Below, in pieces: positions 26,350-38,046 of a DNA stretch of 64,000 nucleotides. The stretch's first letter is position 1. Each line of letters opens with the position of its first letter. Both the position numbers and the translations under genes were made by a program. The stretch lies in the NCBI GenBank assembly GCA_973895155.1, contig OZ316896.1, forward strand, positions 8,329,539 to 8,393,538, read 5' to 3'. The notes beneath the pieces are model-generated. The model was not told the DNA's origin and did no database searches. It saw only the letters and a program-made list of their open reading frames with translations. Source of the DNA: Marsupella aquatica. Its lineage: Eukaryota > Plantae > Marchantiophyta.

Positions 26350-27450
26350 TTTACAATGTAAACCATTCCAGGACGCTATGGCAGATTTGACCATGACTCT
26401 CCAACTTTTCAAGCACCCGCCTGGAGAAACGATAGGATGGCCGATCTTCCGGTATATGCAGAAGATTCCGACAGTAAGGTCTTACTTGGTTGTATTTGAA
26501 GGACTCAAAGTGACATAAATTGTACCAACAATCACTGGTCTAAATTCAGTGAACAACTAGACGCAGCAGGTTCAGTAGAGAGTAGCCATTACGTTGAATT
26601 GTTAGAACTTGAAACAACTTGCCACATCTTCAAAGACGTGTGGGGCTCCGGGCAGGTGGGCAGGGCTGGAGGCAAGGACAACAGAACTGCACTAAACGCC
26701 TCAGGACTCGTCGTGCTTCCTGAGTCATGCAACGTCAGTCGAGCACATATTATTCCCAATCATTGACAGATGATTGAATGCGGTACTATTGGCTCCTTGT
26801 GCGAAGACTTGGCAAACATGCTCTGTAGCGTACCTCGTTTGCACGCAGACATGTCGTACTAACTAGCCTTGACCAAAAGCTCCTGGAAAACGACATTCAG
26901 CTATAATTCCGGGAACAACACAGATGCAAAGTTGCAAACGGTGGCCACAGGGCACAGATTATTAATTAAATGTGACGCGTTCAGTATCTTACGCGATATG
27001 GTACAGTAACAGGCATTAATGTGGATTCGTACAGAATCAGCTCTACGAAACAGTGAGCCCGAGAACATACCGGATGAACGTGTTTCTGCAAAACAAACAA
27101 TCAAATCAACTTACTGAACGCCGGCATCTTCAGGCGGGAGCACCTTTGCGTTCGTGCCAACTATATCCACGTGAGCTGAGTTGTGGGGCCTCCTACGGTT
27201 ATCGACCGTGTGCTTTTCGGGATTCAGAACCTCGACTAGAATCAGTTCTAGAAGATACCTGGTGGTCGTTTGGCGAATACCGTAAAGCAGGCCCTTTCGG
27301 AATCACGAATTTGGAATCCAGAATCATCAACAGCGAAGATTGCCATCTCCCGTGGTCGTCCGTCCAGCACAACCATGAGCGATAAAGAAACCTCTATCAA
27401 AATCGGCTTTGAGAACATTGCGGTCCCGCCGTTCGACATTACCAGATATC
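26350..27450 (-). ncRNA. Putative multi-exon non-coding or small-ORF transcript
   Basis: Ordered chain of splice-like sites giving exons ..-27259, 27085-27071, 26900-26834, 26686-26623, 26539-26486, 26420-..; the spliced ORF from ATG 27439 is only 77 aa with no recognisable motif. Confidence 0.3.
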
Positions 27451-29601
27451 AAGCATGAGCAATAGAGAAACTGATTCAAATCAACTGGAGAACATACCGA
27501 TTCGAGGCCGGACGTTTCCAATTATTTCAGAAACAATTTAGCATTACAAAACCATACCCTCATCGCAACGAGAAATCGTTTGCAGCTTTAGCTATCTAAA
27601 CGTCTAACGACGGTTCTTTGGTGGGGCAGTTAAGATTTGGATGAGGGCACATGTATCATTCGTTCATCATAATATAGTGTTTGTCTTTACTGGAGGTGAA
27701 GTTTCAAGGTGGTATATTATATTCCCAGGCATGACTTAGGTCCCTAAATCGGCAGTAAACTTATAATCCTCCACAGACCCTCGCAAGTAACCCGCCTTGA
27801 AAATGCTCTACAACCCCCCAACAGAATGATATCCAAAACGCATCTAATGCAGGGGATAATGCATAGTACAGTGTCTATGAAAAGGATATCATGGCCAAAG
27901 GATGCCATGCTGCTCGACTGCAACTACTGCACAAATTCAAAATTGGAAGCCCCACCACTGCCAAATCCCACAACATTCATATTGTTCCATTTGCCTCAAT
28001 TCAAGTGAGCATTACAAGGTCATCAATTCAAAGTGCGCCCCACTAGCGCTTTGATCATTGACTCGATAAGCAGCTGCAGCTGCAGCACCAATCTTGCAGC
28101 ACACAACAACCAGCAGCTTGACCAGCAGCAGCTCAATGTTCAACCTTTAATGAAAATCCTTGTTAAATGACAAGTTGCTTGCACATCCCTCTGCTTTACT
28201 CGGGTGGGACCATTTGTCTAGGTGTGTTCTTATTGTAGGTAGCCAGTAAGGTTAACACAGACCCAATATTAGGTCAGGTAATGCAGATCAAAGAGCTGGT
28301 TACAGACCCTACGCTTCAACCACCACTGGCCATCTAAAAGGGGAACTGTCTCCTTTTTCACATTTCTCTCCTCTACCATGAGACTTTGCTCCAGAATTCC
28401 AGAAAAAGATACTAAAAATGGTGAAACCTGGTGGATCCAGGTTTTGTCATGGCTAGTGGCGCTTTCATAGCTCCCTATACTCTCCTGGCTATGCCAGATG
28501 CATCGCAGTCAGAATTGGGTTGGGCAGGTTACACCCTAGTAAGCTTCCTCTAGATAGTCATTATGTAATATCCAAAGGTGGGCTGCTTGACATCGAAGTG
28601 GGGATGTAGTGCAGGTTAGTTGGTACATGGGAGAGTTGTGTGAACTCAAAGGTTATGGCATTCATGGTGGTTGGAGGACTTCAAACGTGTAGAGTACCCT
28701 GTTGACCACAGGAATTGATTCACGTTTAAATGAAGGTGGACTTGGGAGCACTTGTCACTTTTTTTCCACCAAAGCACACTAAAGGGTCAATTCTTATTCT
28801 AAACATAGATACTCTCCATACCAAAAAATCTATGAAGTTCAATAAATGCAAGTGCCCGTGACCTAAGGAATTAAGGACTCAAAATTCAGATCACTACTGG
28901 AGGAGTGGGTCTAAAATTCTAGACAAATGAGGGGCTCCATGTCAGCATTTCCTTCAACCCATTGCTTGCCATGTAGGATTGGTAGACACCCATACCCTAC
29001 ATGGGACTCGAGTTCTTGTAAAGCCAACTGGAGTGGTTTTCACTCACTACATTATCCAGATTTAATCAAGAGGAAAAAAGAACTCCATGTAAGCACTCCA
29101 CATGTGCATTTCTTGGGTTTGCACTCATTATATTGTCCATATTTAATCAAATGGATAAAAGAACTCTAAAGGTGTAGTCCAAATAAATATTCCACATCGG
29201 CATTAGTTGGGCCCCATGGCTTGTAAAGGCAACATGATATGATCCAAATCTAATCTCCTAGGGAATAAAAGAAGCAAGTCCCTCGGCCCTCTCACAATTC
29301 ATAGCAGGTCTTTGCTGTGTGTCTGTGCTCAGTGCGGAGTGTGTCATGTAGAGTACCTTTTTGCCATGGTGAACTTCTAATTCAAATCAAACCCAATGAT
29401 GTGTAGAACTTTGACTCACCCCCTTGTTCAGAGCTTCTATCACCTCTGTGATTCCTTTTTTGTAGGGGCTTGGACTACAGCAATGCTCTCATAATCAGTA
29501 CCAATGCATTGGATTGGTTGTTGATGTGAATGAAGTATTGTACTTACTGTTCAGAATTGACTCGAGTTCCTTGATGTAGTTCGGTTGGCCTTACTAAGGT
29601 T

Positions 29602-29953
29602 TGTCAAGCCTTGATTAGATTGGATAAGATCATACACTTTACTTAGGCCCATACATCTTGGTCCCCTTTCGGAATATAGGTTGGAAGGAGAACATTGTCT
29701 CACTCAAATACATTCTTCATATGTATTTTCTCATGAGTTATGAATACTTCAGGAGTTTCTCCACTTGTTAGTGTAGAGTCTAATTGGGCATGCTCTCATG
29801 TTCCGCATTTCTTGTCTAATCTAAACTAATAGTTTTTTACACTAACACTATTAATTCACCCCAGTTAGTGTTACTCACTAATTCCAGAGCGGACAATTTG
29901 AGATCAAAAGACCCCATCATTCTCAAAGGGGGGGGGGGGGGGCGGGTATTACA
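29602..29953. mobile_element. Solo LTR (352 bp) with 5-bp target-site duplication
   Basis: TGT...ACA termini (TGTCAAGCC / GGGTATTACA, i.e. TGTAATACCC on minus) flanked by AGGTT at 29597-29601 and 29954-29958. Confidence 0.65.
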
Positions 29954-31085
29954 AGGTTCAACTGGGAGGTAATTGCTCTGGCTCCCTAACGGTAGGAGAT
30001 CTTTGACCAGGGTAGTCAGTGGGAGATCTAACCTTAGCAACACTGTGTAAATGTTTTCTTTTTGATTCTGACTATATAGAAATCTTTTTGATTGAATCTT
30101 CATTTCACCATCATTTTGCCATCATATCAGTTGAGTATGTACAAAAATTAGAAAACAACTGCTCCACGATTCCTAATGGAGAGAAGAATGGACATTCGTT
30201 GGACAGGTAAGAGGGCAGAGTGGCTCCCAAGTCAAAGCCGTAGGGCAAAGTGGAGATCGGGCCAATTCCTTTGTTTACTTCGAAAGCTAGATCTGCTCTA
30301 AATTTCAAGCTGTGGTGTGCCCCCAGCTGGAAAACTGGACACTAAATCAAACAGGAATTTGACCACCAAATCCTGAAATTGATGTACAATCAGTTCAGCC
30401 AACAAGGTGAGATTGACCATGAGACGCTGGTTCTCCCCGAAGTGCGTTGAGGCGCAGCAGTTGACTGGACTATCTAGGGGTAAAGCACTGTTTCGGTGCG
30501 GCAGCGAAAACGGTGCCAAATCGAGTTATTTGCGAGTCTTCCTCAGGCTTCCATGGGTTAGGATTCTCGCGAAGATGTGCATCGCTTATTCTATTGAACA
30601 GATGGAGACCAACAATTTCAGACGCTAGCATCGTTTCTCATTTCACGCCAAGACCAACTGTCATTATTCCAGAAACACGCAAGACTTAACTTCACTCAAC
30701 TATTACTTTTAAAGCGAATTATGGGAGGCAAACTTTATGACCCTCAACGCACATTCACATTTTATTGAAAAAGATTGATGGGAAATTTGTGATTCTGAGG
30801 CGAGCAGACAGGTCTAATTTGGTCTGCCATAAACCCACAACCGCACTTTTAATACCACCACATCAGGTGTCAGAAAAGTTACTTCTCCGACCAACGGCAA
30901 TAACACAAATAGCTCAAGTAGCTGCTGAGATGATTAACGGCACAAATTGGCAGCGAACAATACCAATAGATGATGGCTTCAGATTAAAACCAGACTCTCC
31001 TTGAACTTCTGGACAAGGTAGAAATCACTGGTTGCTGGATCTTATTCAGGGGAGATTAATTAACCGTTCTGAGAGACAGTGCAGA

Positions 31086-31246
31086 ACCTTGAGAGTCCAT
31101 GCAGAGTCCTCATCAGAACTGAGAACCTGAGACCTTGAGAGTTCCTCATGAGATGATGGACCTGCATGGACTCTCAAGGTCTCAGGTTCTCAGAACTCTC
31201 AGGTTAGCCCTTAGTTGAGAGTCCATGCAGGTCAATCATCAGAACT
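31086..31246. repeat. Nested inverted-repeat cassette (three arms complementary to one core)
   Basis: 31086-31104 pairs with 31162-31180 (19/19); 31119-31142 pairs with 31170-31193 (24/24); 31215-31240 pairs with 31152-31177 (25/26). Confidence 0.9.
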
Positions 31247-34200
31247 GGCTCTCCTTCGAGTTCCTCGGCACGCACAGCCACTCCTTTCAATACTATTTTT
31301 AAGTATTCAGAGAAAACAGGTGACATCTCATTCTGGAACGTGAGAGGAAAAGTGGCATTTGTTCCCCGTTCCCGCAATCTTCATTTCCAATTTCTGCCCA
31401 CTATGCCAGCAAGACCTCAAAATGCCATCGTTCAGCGCATATCTGAATTCAAACGACATAGTTAGCTAGCTTCTCAGTTCTCAGCCTCGACGTCCGAGGA
31501 CCTTCCATAACCACAGCTGGGACCGGAATTGGCGGATTCCAAACATAAATGACAGGAACAGGTCCGACGCACTGGTCGAAAACTAGACTTGGGATTATAC
31601 AGCCACAAACAGTAAGCACCAGTCAGGCAGCAGTTGTTAGCTCTTGATACCACAAAAGTCCACAACTGCATCTCTCCCTCTATTAGACTTCTGACGATGA
31701 GGAACGTAACAGGCTTGACGCATTTCTTCATACCCGCGAGCTTTTGACAAGAGCCTTGGGCTGAAGAAATTGTAAGAGGTAACGTCCAACGACTAATGTA
31801 TAAACATTTTGGCGAGAATAAACCAAGAAGATGTAGATAATCAATCTCCCAGTTAGCTTGCACTGACTAGTATTATAACTCCATTCTGGATTAGCTTCAC
31901 TTCTAGCATTACATCTATCAGTTCCTCCATTGAGACGTCATTTGTATCTGATGATGACCTTGATTAATTAGATCTACAATCGATGTCACGATAGTTTCGA
32001 ACTTAGCAAAACACATTGCTATGATTTTCGGCAGAAAAAGTAGCTGGTCTGACGTTGGCGATACCATAAGCTGAGAATTGTTCACGGTTCAATTAACCAA
32101 TCCACAAGAAGCTGACCTCTTGTTCCCTTACAAACTGATTCGATCAGTTGGAAGTATGTCGTAGTTATTGACCTAGTGCGAGAGAGGCTTCTGTGCATTA
32201 GTTAGATGTATAAGATCTAAAATCCACCAGCTAGTCACAAGAAAAACCAAGGATGTGACTTCCAAGTTTATCGTCAGTCAAGCTTTTGCACTACTGAGCA
32301 AATTTTCATGGTTGTGAAACCAGGCAACGGACCAGGCGGGTTCCAAGATTAGAGATCTTCATCATGGTCAAATTAACCTTTGAAGTTCTTAAGGTCTTCC
32401 CCTCACACGCTGTTTTACCAGAGATTCCCTCCTGGCTCCAAGTGTTTCTAAATTACATTTGTGAAGTAAAATGGATCCAGATTTACTTGTAAACGACTGA
32501 TAAACAAAGGTCACATTCAAAATTATTTCGTTTATTACCGTAACCCCCAAGTTTTCGGAAATAGCTCAAAACTGCTCGATATGCCTGTTCAAAAAAGTAT
32601 TGAATGAACGGCAAATTCGTTCTATTCGACAGATAAACAAACGAGAGGAGTCAAAAATGATTGAAATTGCAGGATCCTCATTTTCTTAGTTCCAAATTGC
32701 AACCGATCCTTCCAGAAATTCCAGAAGATAGCATCAAGGCAAGTTTCTCCTCACCTTTAGGAGAAGGCAAGGTTTGACTTATGCAGAAATTGTCCAAGAA
32801 TGCCCATTGCCAGCAGCTCATGTTGTACCATTTCTAACACGTGAAATGACTTCTCTTAGCTGAATCAGACGGCTTGCCACTCGAAGATTAGAATATGGCA
32901 CAAGGAGGATGTACAAGGTGAAGTATTGGCTGGAAAATTTGCTCAATCTCTCAAGAGTAAAAGGAAAATGAAAAGGTTGGAGCTTTGTGCCTACTGCTTA
33001 CCTGGATGATCCGATTGAGTCTCTGTTCGGAGCTCAATAAGAAGTGCTCTGGTTGCAAGGAAAATGCAAGATGAACCCTCCCTCATCTTGAGGAAAGGTT
33101 ACTGCATTGCCTGTGAACAAAGCATGAGTCCGACTGTGGAACTGTGAAGAAGTATGCATGCCGGCGTAAAACACATGTACAAGTGGAGGTCTATGCGAGG
33201 TTCACGACTACAACCATTTAATTGCTCCTACTGAAGCACAATAACGACAACCGAGCATTTAGTCACATTGTGGCGTAAAGGTTATGGGAGCTTGACCTCG
33301 GTGTTGTACTGTCGTGAGACGGGATGCGGATCAAAACAAGGAGAATGTTGAGGTTCTAACATTGAGGAGTGCGTAGTATTGCATGGAAATTAATTGCATG
33401 GACCTCCGTGACCAGGAGACTAACATAAGGACATTAGATTGTTCGGCCGGGCGCCAACGGCTTGGAAGAATCCTGGATTTCTGGGTGAAGAGAATAACAT
33501 TAGGAGGGAAACAAGACTGACATAAGCCTGGCTAAGGGACATACACTGGAGCCAGAAAACGTCCAGAGCAGGTTGAAATATTTTAATATTATGACATTCT
33601 GCACATTATCAATCTCCGTGAAGAATCCATATATATAAATACCACTGAGTAGACGGTGTGAGTCCAAAACTCCAATGAATGCTAGAGAATTTGCTTTGGA
33701 TAAAAGGCGAAGTAGTGGAACTTCGGTTCTGAACATTACAACAGAATTTTACATCTAGTTTTCCGAGGCAGCCGTTGCAGGCTTCTATAGTACATCTCAA
33801 GGCCACTAGCGAGGCCGACACTTTTTTCTACAGTAATCAATCCCTGATTTCTACTACTGCACACTTTGCTTTTCGTATCCTGGCATGGAAAGCATCATCC
33901 GGCAGTGTGGAAATGGCAAGCAACCTCAACAGTTGTAATCTTTACAAGGTCCCCTTCGACCAAAATTGAAGGTAGTGGAGTCCAATGTCCCACTTACCAG
34001 GTATCATTTGCCTGAGTCCCGATTGAAGAATTGCTCCTTTGATACATTGGGTCAACTTGTCCATCACTGGTGAGCACGAGCATTGCACCAGGTTCTCATG
34101 AGAAGTTCTATAGCAAACAATCTTGTCATCCCTGTTCACACCTCTCTGACTGAGGAATTCGGTCCAGAAAAGAGTCTTCGGCAATCGTGAATTAGTTCTA

Positions 34201-34458
34201 TCCTGGGATCTTGATGCATGGATAGACACCATAAACTGGCCGCCGCTTGTTACAATAGGTTTGGAATCTGTTACTTCTCGTGCTCTCCTTCTTGCTGGAG
34301 GATGTCACCAAGTAAGTTGGTTGCCCACCCGCATTGCCAGCTACCGCCAAGAATATGTTTCCAGAATTTTACCATACTTGCCGGCAAATTAGCGGAGGCT
34401 AAGAAGCAAACCGTGTGATTGGGATCGCAGACGGATAGAGCAACGAAGAAGGTTATCA

Positions 34459-35793
34459 CTAGTGTGCACTGGAGCTGGATGGCTCAACGATGAAGGGAGT
34501 GCACATGCTATCCCAACTAGACTGAGAAAGACTTGTGCTACTGTCAGTCGGAGAAGACGAACCTGTGCCAGGAAAAGATGCTGTGGGAGAACGATCAGTC
34601 AAGACAGGAGTTAAGGATGGACGGGAATACGACGACGGAAAAAGCATGGAGGAAGAGCGCTGAGAAGAAGGCTTGCAGGATGGAGAAGTAGCGAAAACTG
34701 TATCGGAAGGAGGGGTAGAGTTGTTGAAGAAAGGAGTGCATGGTCCTGCAGCTGTGGGAGATAATTGTGGTGGCGTGGAAGAAGATAAATTGTTCCGCCA
34801 TTGATTGTCACGGGCGAAATGATCGCCCAGGGTGCGAGCGAGCGGAAAGGGAGGGCAGCGCTGAGGAGAAGCGGAGGGAGAAAAGGTGCCATTTTCATAC
34901 ACATACGTGCAGGAGCGAAGGGGAGATGATACCTTGACCAGACCTTCTACTGGCTTCCCATGAATTACAGGAGTGGCGAATATAAATGGCTTTCGTGGAG
35001 GACTGTACAATGTGGAGAGTGGATTTGTGGGCGAAAGCTTACTGCTATGGGGGGAGGACCATTCCGAAGCTTCCAGCAAAACGCTTGAAGGTTTTTCCGG
35101 AGAAGAACCGGGAGACAAACCTCGAGAAAGGAAAGGAAAGCTGGGTCTTGTGGGTGACGGAGGGCCGACAGGAGGTGCGCCAGTGAGGTGGTCAGTCGTA
35201 ATTTTACAGGGGGACTTGAGCATGATAGGACTGGCAGAGTGCGAGCGATTGAGTGTCACGAGAGGCGAGAACGTTGGGGTGCCATAGGGAGAGACGAAAT
35301 GATCTGGTGAGGAGGGAGGAGTGATGAAAGGTGAAGTGAGAGCAGAGAGAGGGCCCACCGGTGAAGCGGAGATCTCACTCATGCTCTTACTGCGAGAACC
35401 CCTCCGGCTTCTTTTCGTATCCAAGTCCAGCTTTTCCAACTCCTCTTTGGTTTCTTCTGTGATGGTGAAGAGCATTCTCGTAGGACCCATCAGATCCTGA
35501 GCAGCCTCTCGGGATGTCACTCCCACGGCTGGAAACAATTTTTCCACTAGACCCTGATGTAAAGCTGCAATCTGGTACTCTGTACAGGTGACATTGATGA
35601 GAACTTCTGGAGCTTCTGCTGGCTCCATCGCTGAGATAGCCTCTCCCTCAGTGACAGGAGCAACTGATACATTAGTGCTACGTGGATAATACGGCCGTTT
35701 TCTCCAGTAGAACAGATAAAACGCCTCCCCCATCCCAATGAGTAGAAACACCGCTGCGACTACTCCTACAGCCAAAGCTACAATGTATCCCAT
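34459..35793 (-). CDS. Single-pass membrane protein with Ser/Pro-rich tail (At5g59350/At2g39560-like uncharacterised plant family), 444 aa
   Basis: Intronless ORF; N-terminal TM helix ending EAFYLFYWRKR; conserved blocks GPTRMLFTITEETKEELE and SPFITPPSSP. Confidence 0.85.
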   Translation of the reverse strand: MGYIVALAVGVVAAVFLLIGMGEAFYLFYWRKRPYYPRSTNVSVAPVTEGEAISAMEPAEAPEVLINVTCTEYQIAALHQGLVEKLFPAVGVTSREAAQDLMGPTRMLFTITEETKEELEKLDLDTKRSRRGSRSKSMSEISASPVGPLSALTSPFITPPSSPDHFVSPYGTPTFSPLVTLNRSHSASPIMLKSPCKITTDHLTGAPPVGPPSPTRPSFPFLSRGLSPGSSPEKPSSVLLEASEWSSPHSSKLSPTNPLSTLYSPPRKPFIFATPVIHGKPVEGLVKVSSPLRSCTYVYENGTFSPSASPQRCPPFPLARTLGDHFARDNQWRNNLSSSTPPQLSPTAAGPCTPFFNNSTPPSDTVFATSPSCKPSSQRSSSMLFPSSYSRPSLTPVLTDRSPTASFPGTGSSSPTDSSTSLSQSSWDSMCTPFIVEPSSSSAH

Positions 35794-37970
35794 GTGTGAC
35801 CTACTCCTGATCGACTGGAGAGTGCTGTCCTCTTTCCTTGATGTCAGCTAACCCAAAGATCAAGCTCCTGACCACAGAACTCGGACCATCTGTTCCATTC
35901 CAGACCTGAGCGATGTCCCATCAAGAGCAACTATCTGTGCACCTCTTTCTATCGATGGCCGCACATCAAATTTGCGGCTTTCTACCTGTATTACTCACGG
36001 CAGACCAGTCACAACGAGAGCCTTGACGAATAAATAAGGTGCCTCCAACTCAATGAATGTCGGGTGTCGCTGCACCGATCAGCTCCCCAGACAGGAACGG
36101 GGCAGCATAATTATGAAACTGTAACTCTGTCGGCTTCTACTGCCTGTATGACGTCCGGACTCGCAAGCCTGACCGACCGAATCCACAGCTGCTGCTGGAA
36201 AGAGGGCGAATCCTTGCTGTCCATTCAGCTGATAATGAGGGATTCGAAAGTTCTGATAATTTCGAGTCACTCTACCAAATTCAACCAAACTAGAGGAGAT
36301 CCCGGAGATGGAGTCTGGAAATCATCAACCCGCACCAATCAAGCAAACAGTCTTGGAACAACGCCACCCAGTCTCAGAGAGAGCTTGAATTTTGCCAGGA
36401 TCAACTGCCCGTCGAATCATCTCCTGGTGGAATGATGAAGATTGGATTTCAGGCCATGATGAAAGCTAGGTAGCGAGTCAACCAGGCATCTGTCTATTCA
36501 CAGCAATAGCAGACTTGTAGCTCGCCCCTTCACCCCTGAGCTCCTATACACAAGCATTACAAGGAAACGAGCAAATTGCCAGCAATCGTGGTTGCCTGCT
36601 ACGCTCTCCGTTCTCTTGCAAGAGATCTTTGTAAGATGTTTGAGTGAGCTGATAGCTTTGAAAGGGTCGTCCTCGGAGGAGGGGCATCCTTCTATTCTCT
36701 CCTATCCGCTTTCGCTTGCTGCGTCACAGGAAAGACCTTCCAGTCCCAAACGGTTGCTCTCACGTAAAAAAGCTGCAAGAGTTCTACGGAAAAGGGGAAA
36801 TGAAAGCAACAATTACACCGAAAATCGACCCACAATATGACAACTAAGTTGCACTCCGCAGACCCAACCGACAGACGGTCGCTCCAATGAATCCCCGATT
36901 GATGCGCGATGCCTTTCCTCCGCTCTTCTCACCAACACCAACATTCAGTGAACAAAACTGGAATTCACCAGACTTATTTTCCACAGCACAGGCTACGCAC
37001 CATAAGAATTACCAAGGCAACGGTGCTCGATAAACCAACGATCGACGAATCGATCGACCATGAAAGACCCACGCCGCTAGCTGGCCACCTTTAGCGGTAC
37101 AAGTTCATACGCCGTGACAACCCAGTTGATGTTCTTCAGCTACTACTGGCTTGTATCCCTGATCCCTCCCTCTCTTGCTCATTCCGCTCGCACCTCGGGT
37201 ACCAGTGGGTCCAGGTGGGTCCGTAATGATTCTTTCTCCGTGCACACAAACAACCTCAATAAAGTTACTAGCGCTCTGTGCTAAATTCTCTGTCCGTGTA
37301 ATAATATCGTCTGTTTCCTTGTCTTTAATTACTCAATTTGCAATCTCATTTGCAGGCGGAAACTTCCTCGCTCTTTTCCACTTTCCCCCTCTCTGAAACA
37401 TCAACTTGCATTTTGCTTACGGTGCTGCATCACGGCACTTCACTTTTCTGGCAGCTCTCTCTCACTCCCTTCACACTTTCTCTAGTAAATTCTCTTCGTC
37501 TGCTCATCCTAGATGTGCTCTTTCTCTCTCTCTTCCGCTCTCTGTTTTGTGCATAGCGTTGTTCGGCAGGGCGCCTGCTGTGCTCTGCCTCGGATGTACC
37601 TGTACTCTCGTGGATGTGCTTGCAAGATAGCAATAAATAACTCTGCCCATGCTGATGATGATGCGCCTCCGCAGTTCCTTCCTCGAAACTCCGAGGTCTC
37701 CCACGGATACTGTCCAGTGTGGACGGGCCCTGGAGAGCTGGAAGCCTTGAGCTGTGTGTTGCTCTCGCCTTGTGTCGTGTACCCGGGCATTCCTGGGAAA
37801 GAGTGTGGGAAATCGGGGGGTACCGGCGCGGAGACGATCGGACGGGAGGGAATGAAGGAGTGACTCGCGGGAAGAAACGGGAGAAGGGATAGGCGGAGGC
37901 AAGAAATTGGCGGGGAGAGGAACTGGCGGGAGAATTGGGGGCCGGGATGTGTGGAATGTGGAGTCTATGG

Positions 37971-38046
37971 GGGTCTCAAATATCCATTTTGTTCTTTTGT
38001 GGAATAGGGTCTCAAATATCCATTTTGTTCTTTTGTGGAATAGGGT
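37971..38046. repeat. 36-bp tandem duplication in the probable promoter/TSS region of the minus-strand membrane-protein gene
   Basis: GGGTCTCAAATATCCATTTTGTTCTTTTGTGGAATA twice; followed by a GACGTC palindrome at ~38057. Confidence 0.9.

Noticed and set aside
26350-26852. Spliced frame MSACKR...LKM-TGA-PVIVG... suggesting UGA recoding (selenocysteine or read-through)
   Set aside because: Depends on an unverified GC donor; no redox motif or SECIS seen, and land plants lack the Sec machinery.
28600-28670. GGGGATGTAGTGCAG start resembling tRNA-Ala or a SINE head
   Set aside because: No B-box/T-arm or acceptor-stem closure.
29190-29200. ATTCCACATCG resembling the plant snRNA USE element
   Set aside because: One mismatch, no properly spaced TATA and no snRNA body downstream; lies in TE-like DNA.
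32328-32344. CGGACCAGGC partial match to miR166
   Set aside because: Only 10 nt match, no hairpin.
37514-37537. TGTGCTCTTTCTCTCTCTCTTC resembling a miR156/529 site
   Set aside because: Needs a multi-base bulge; explained by a (CT)n tract.
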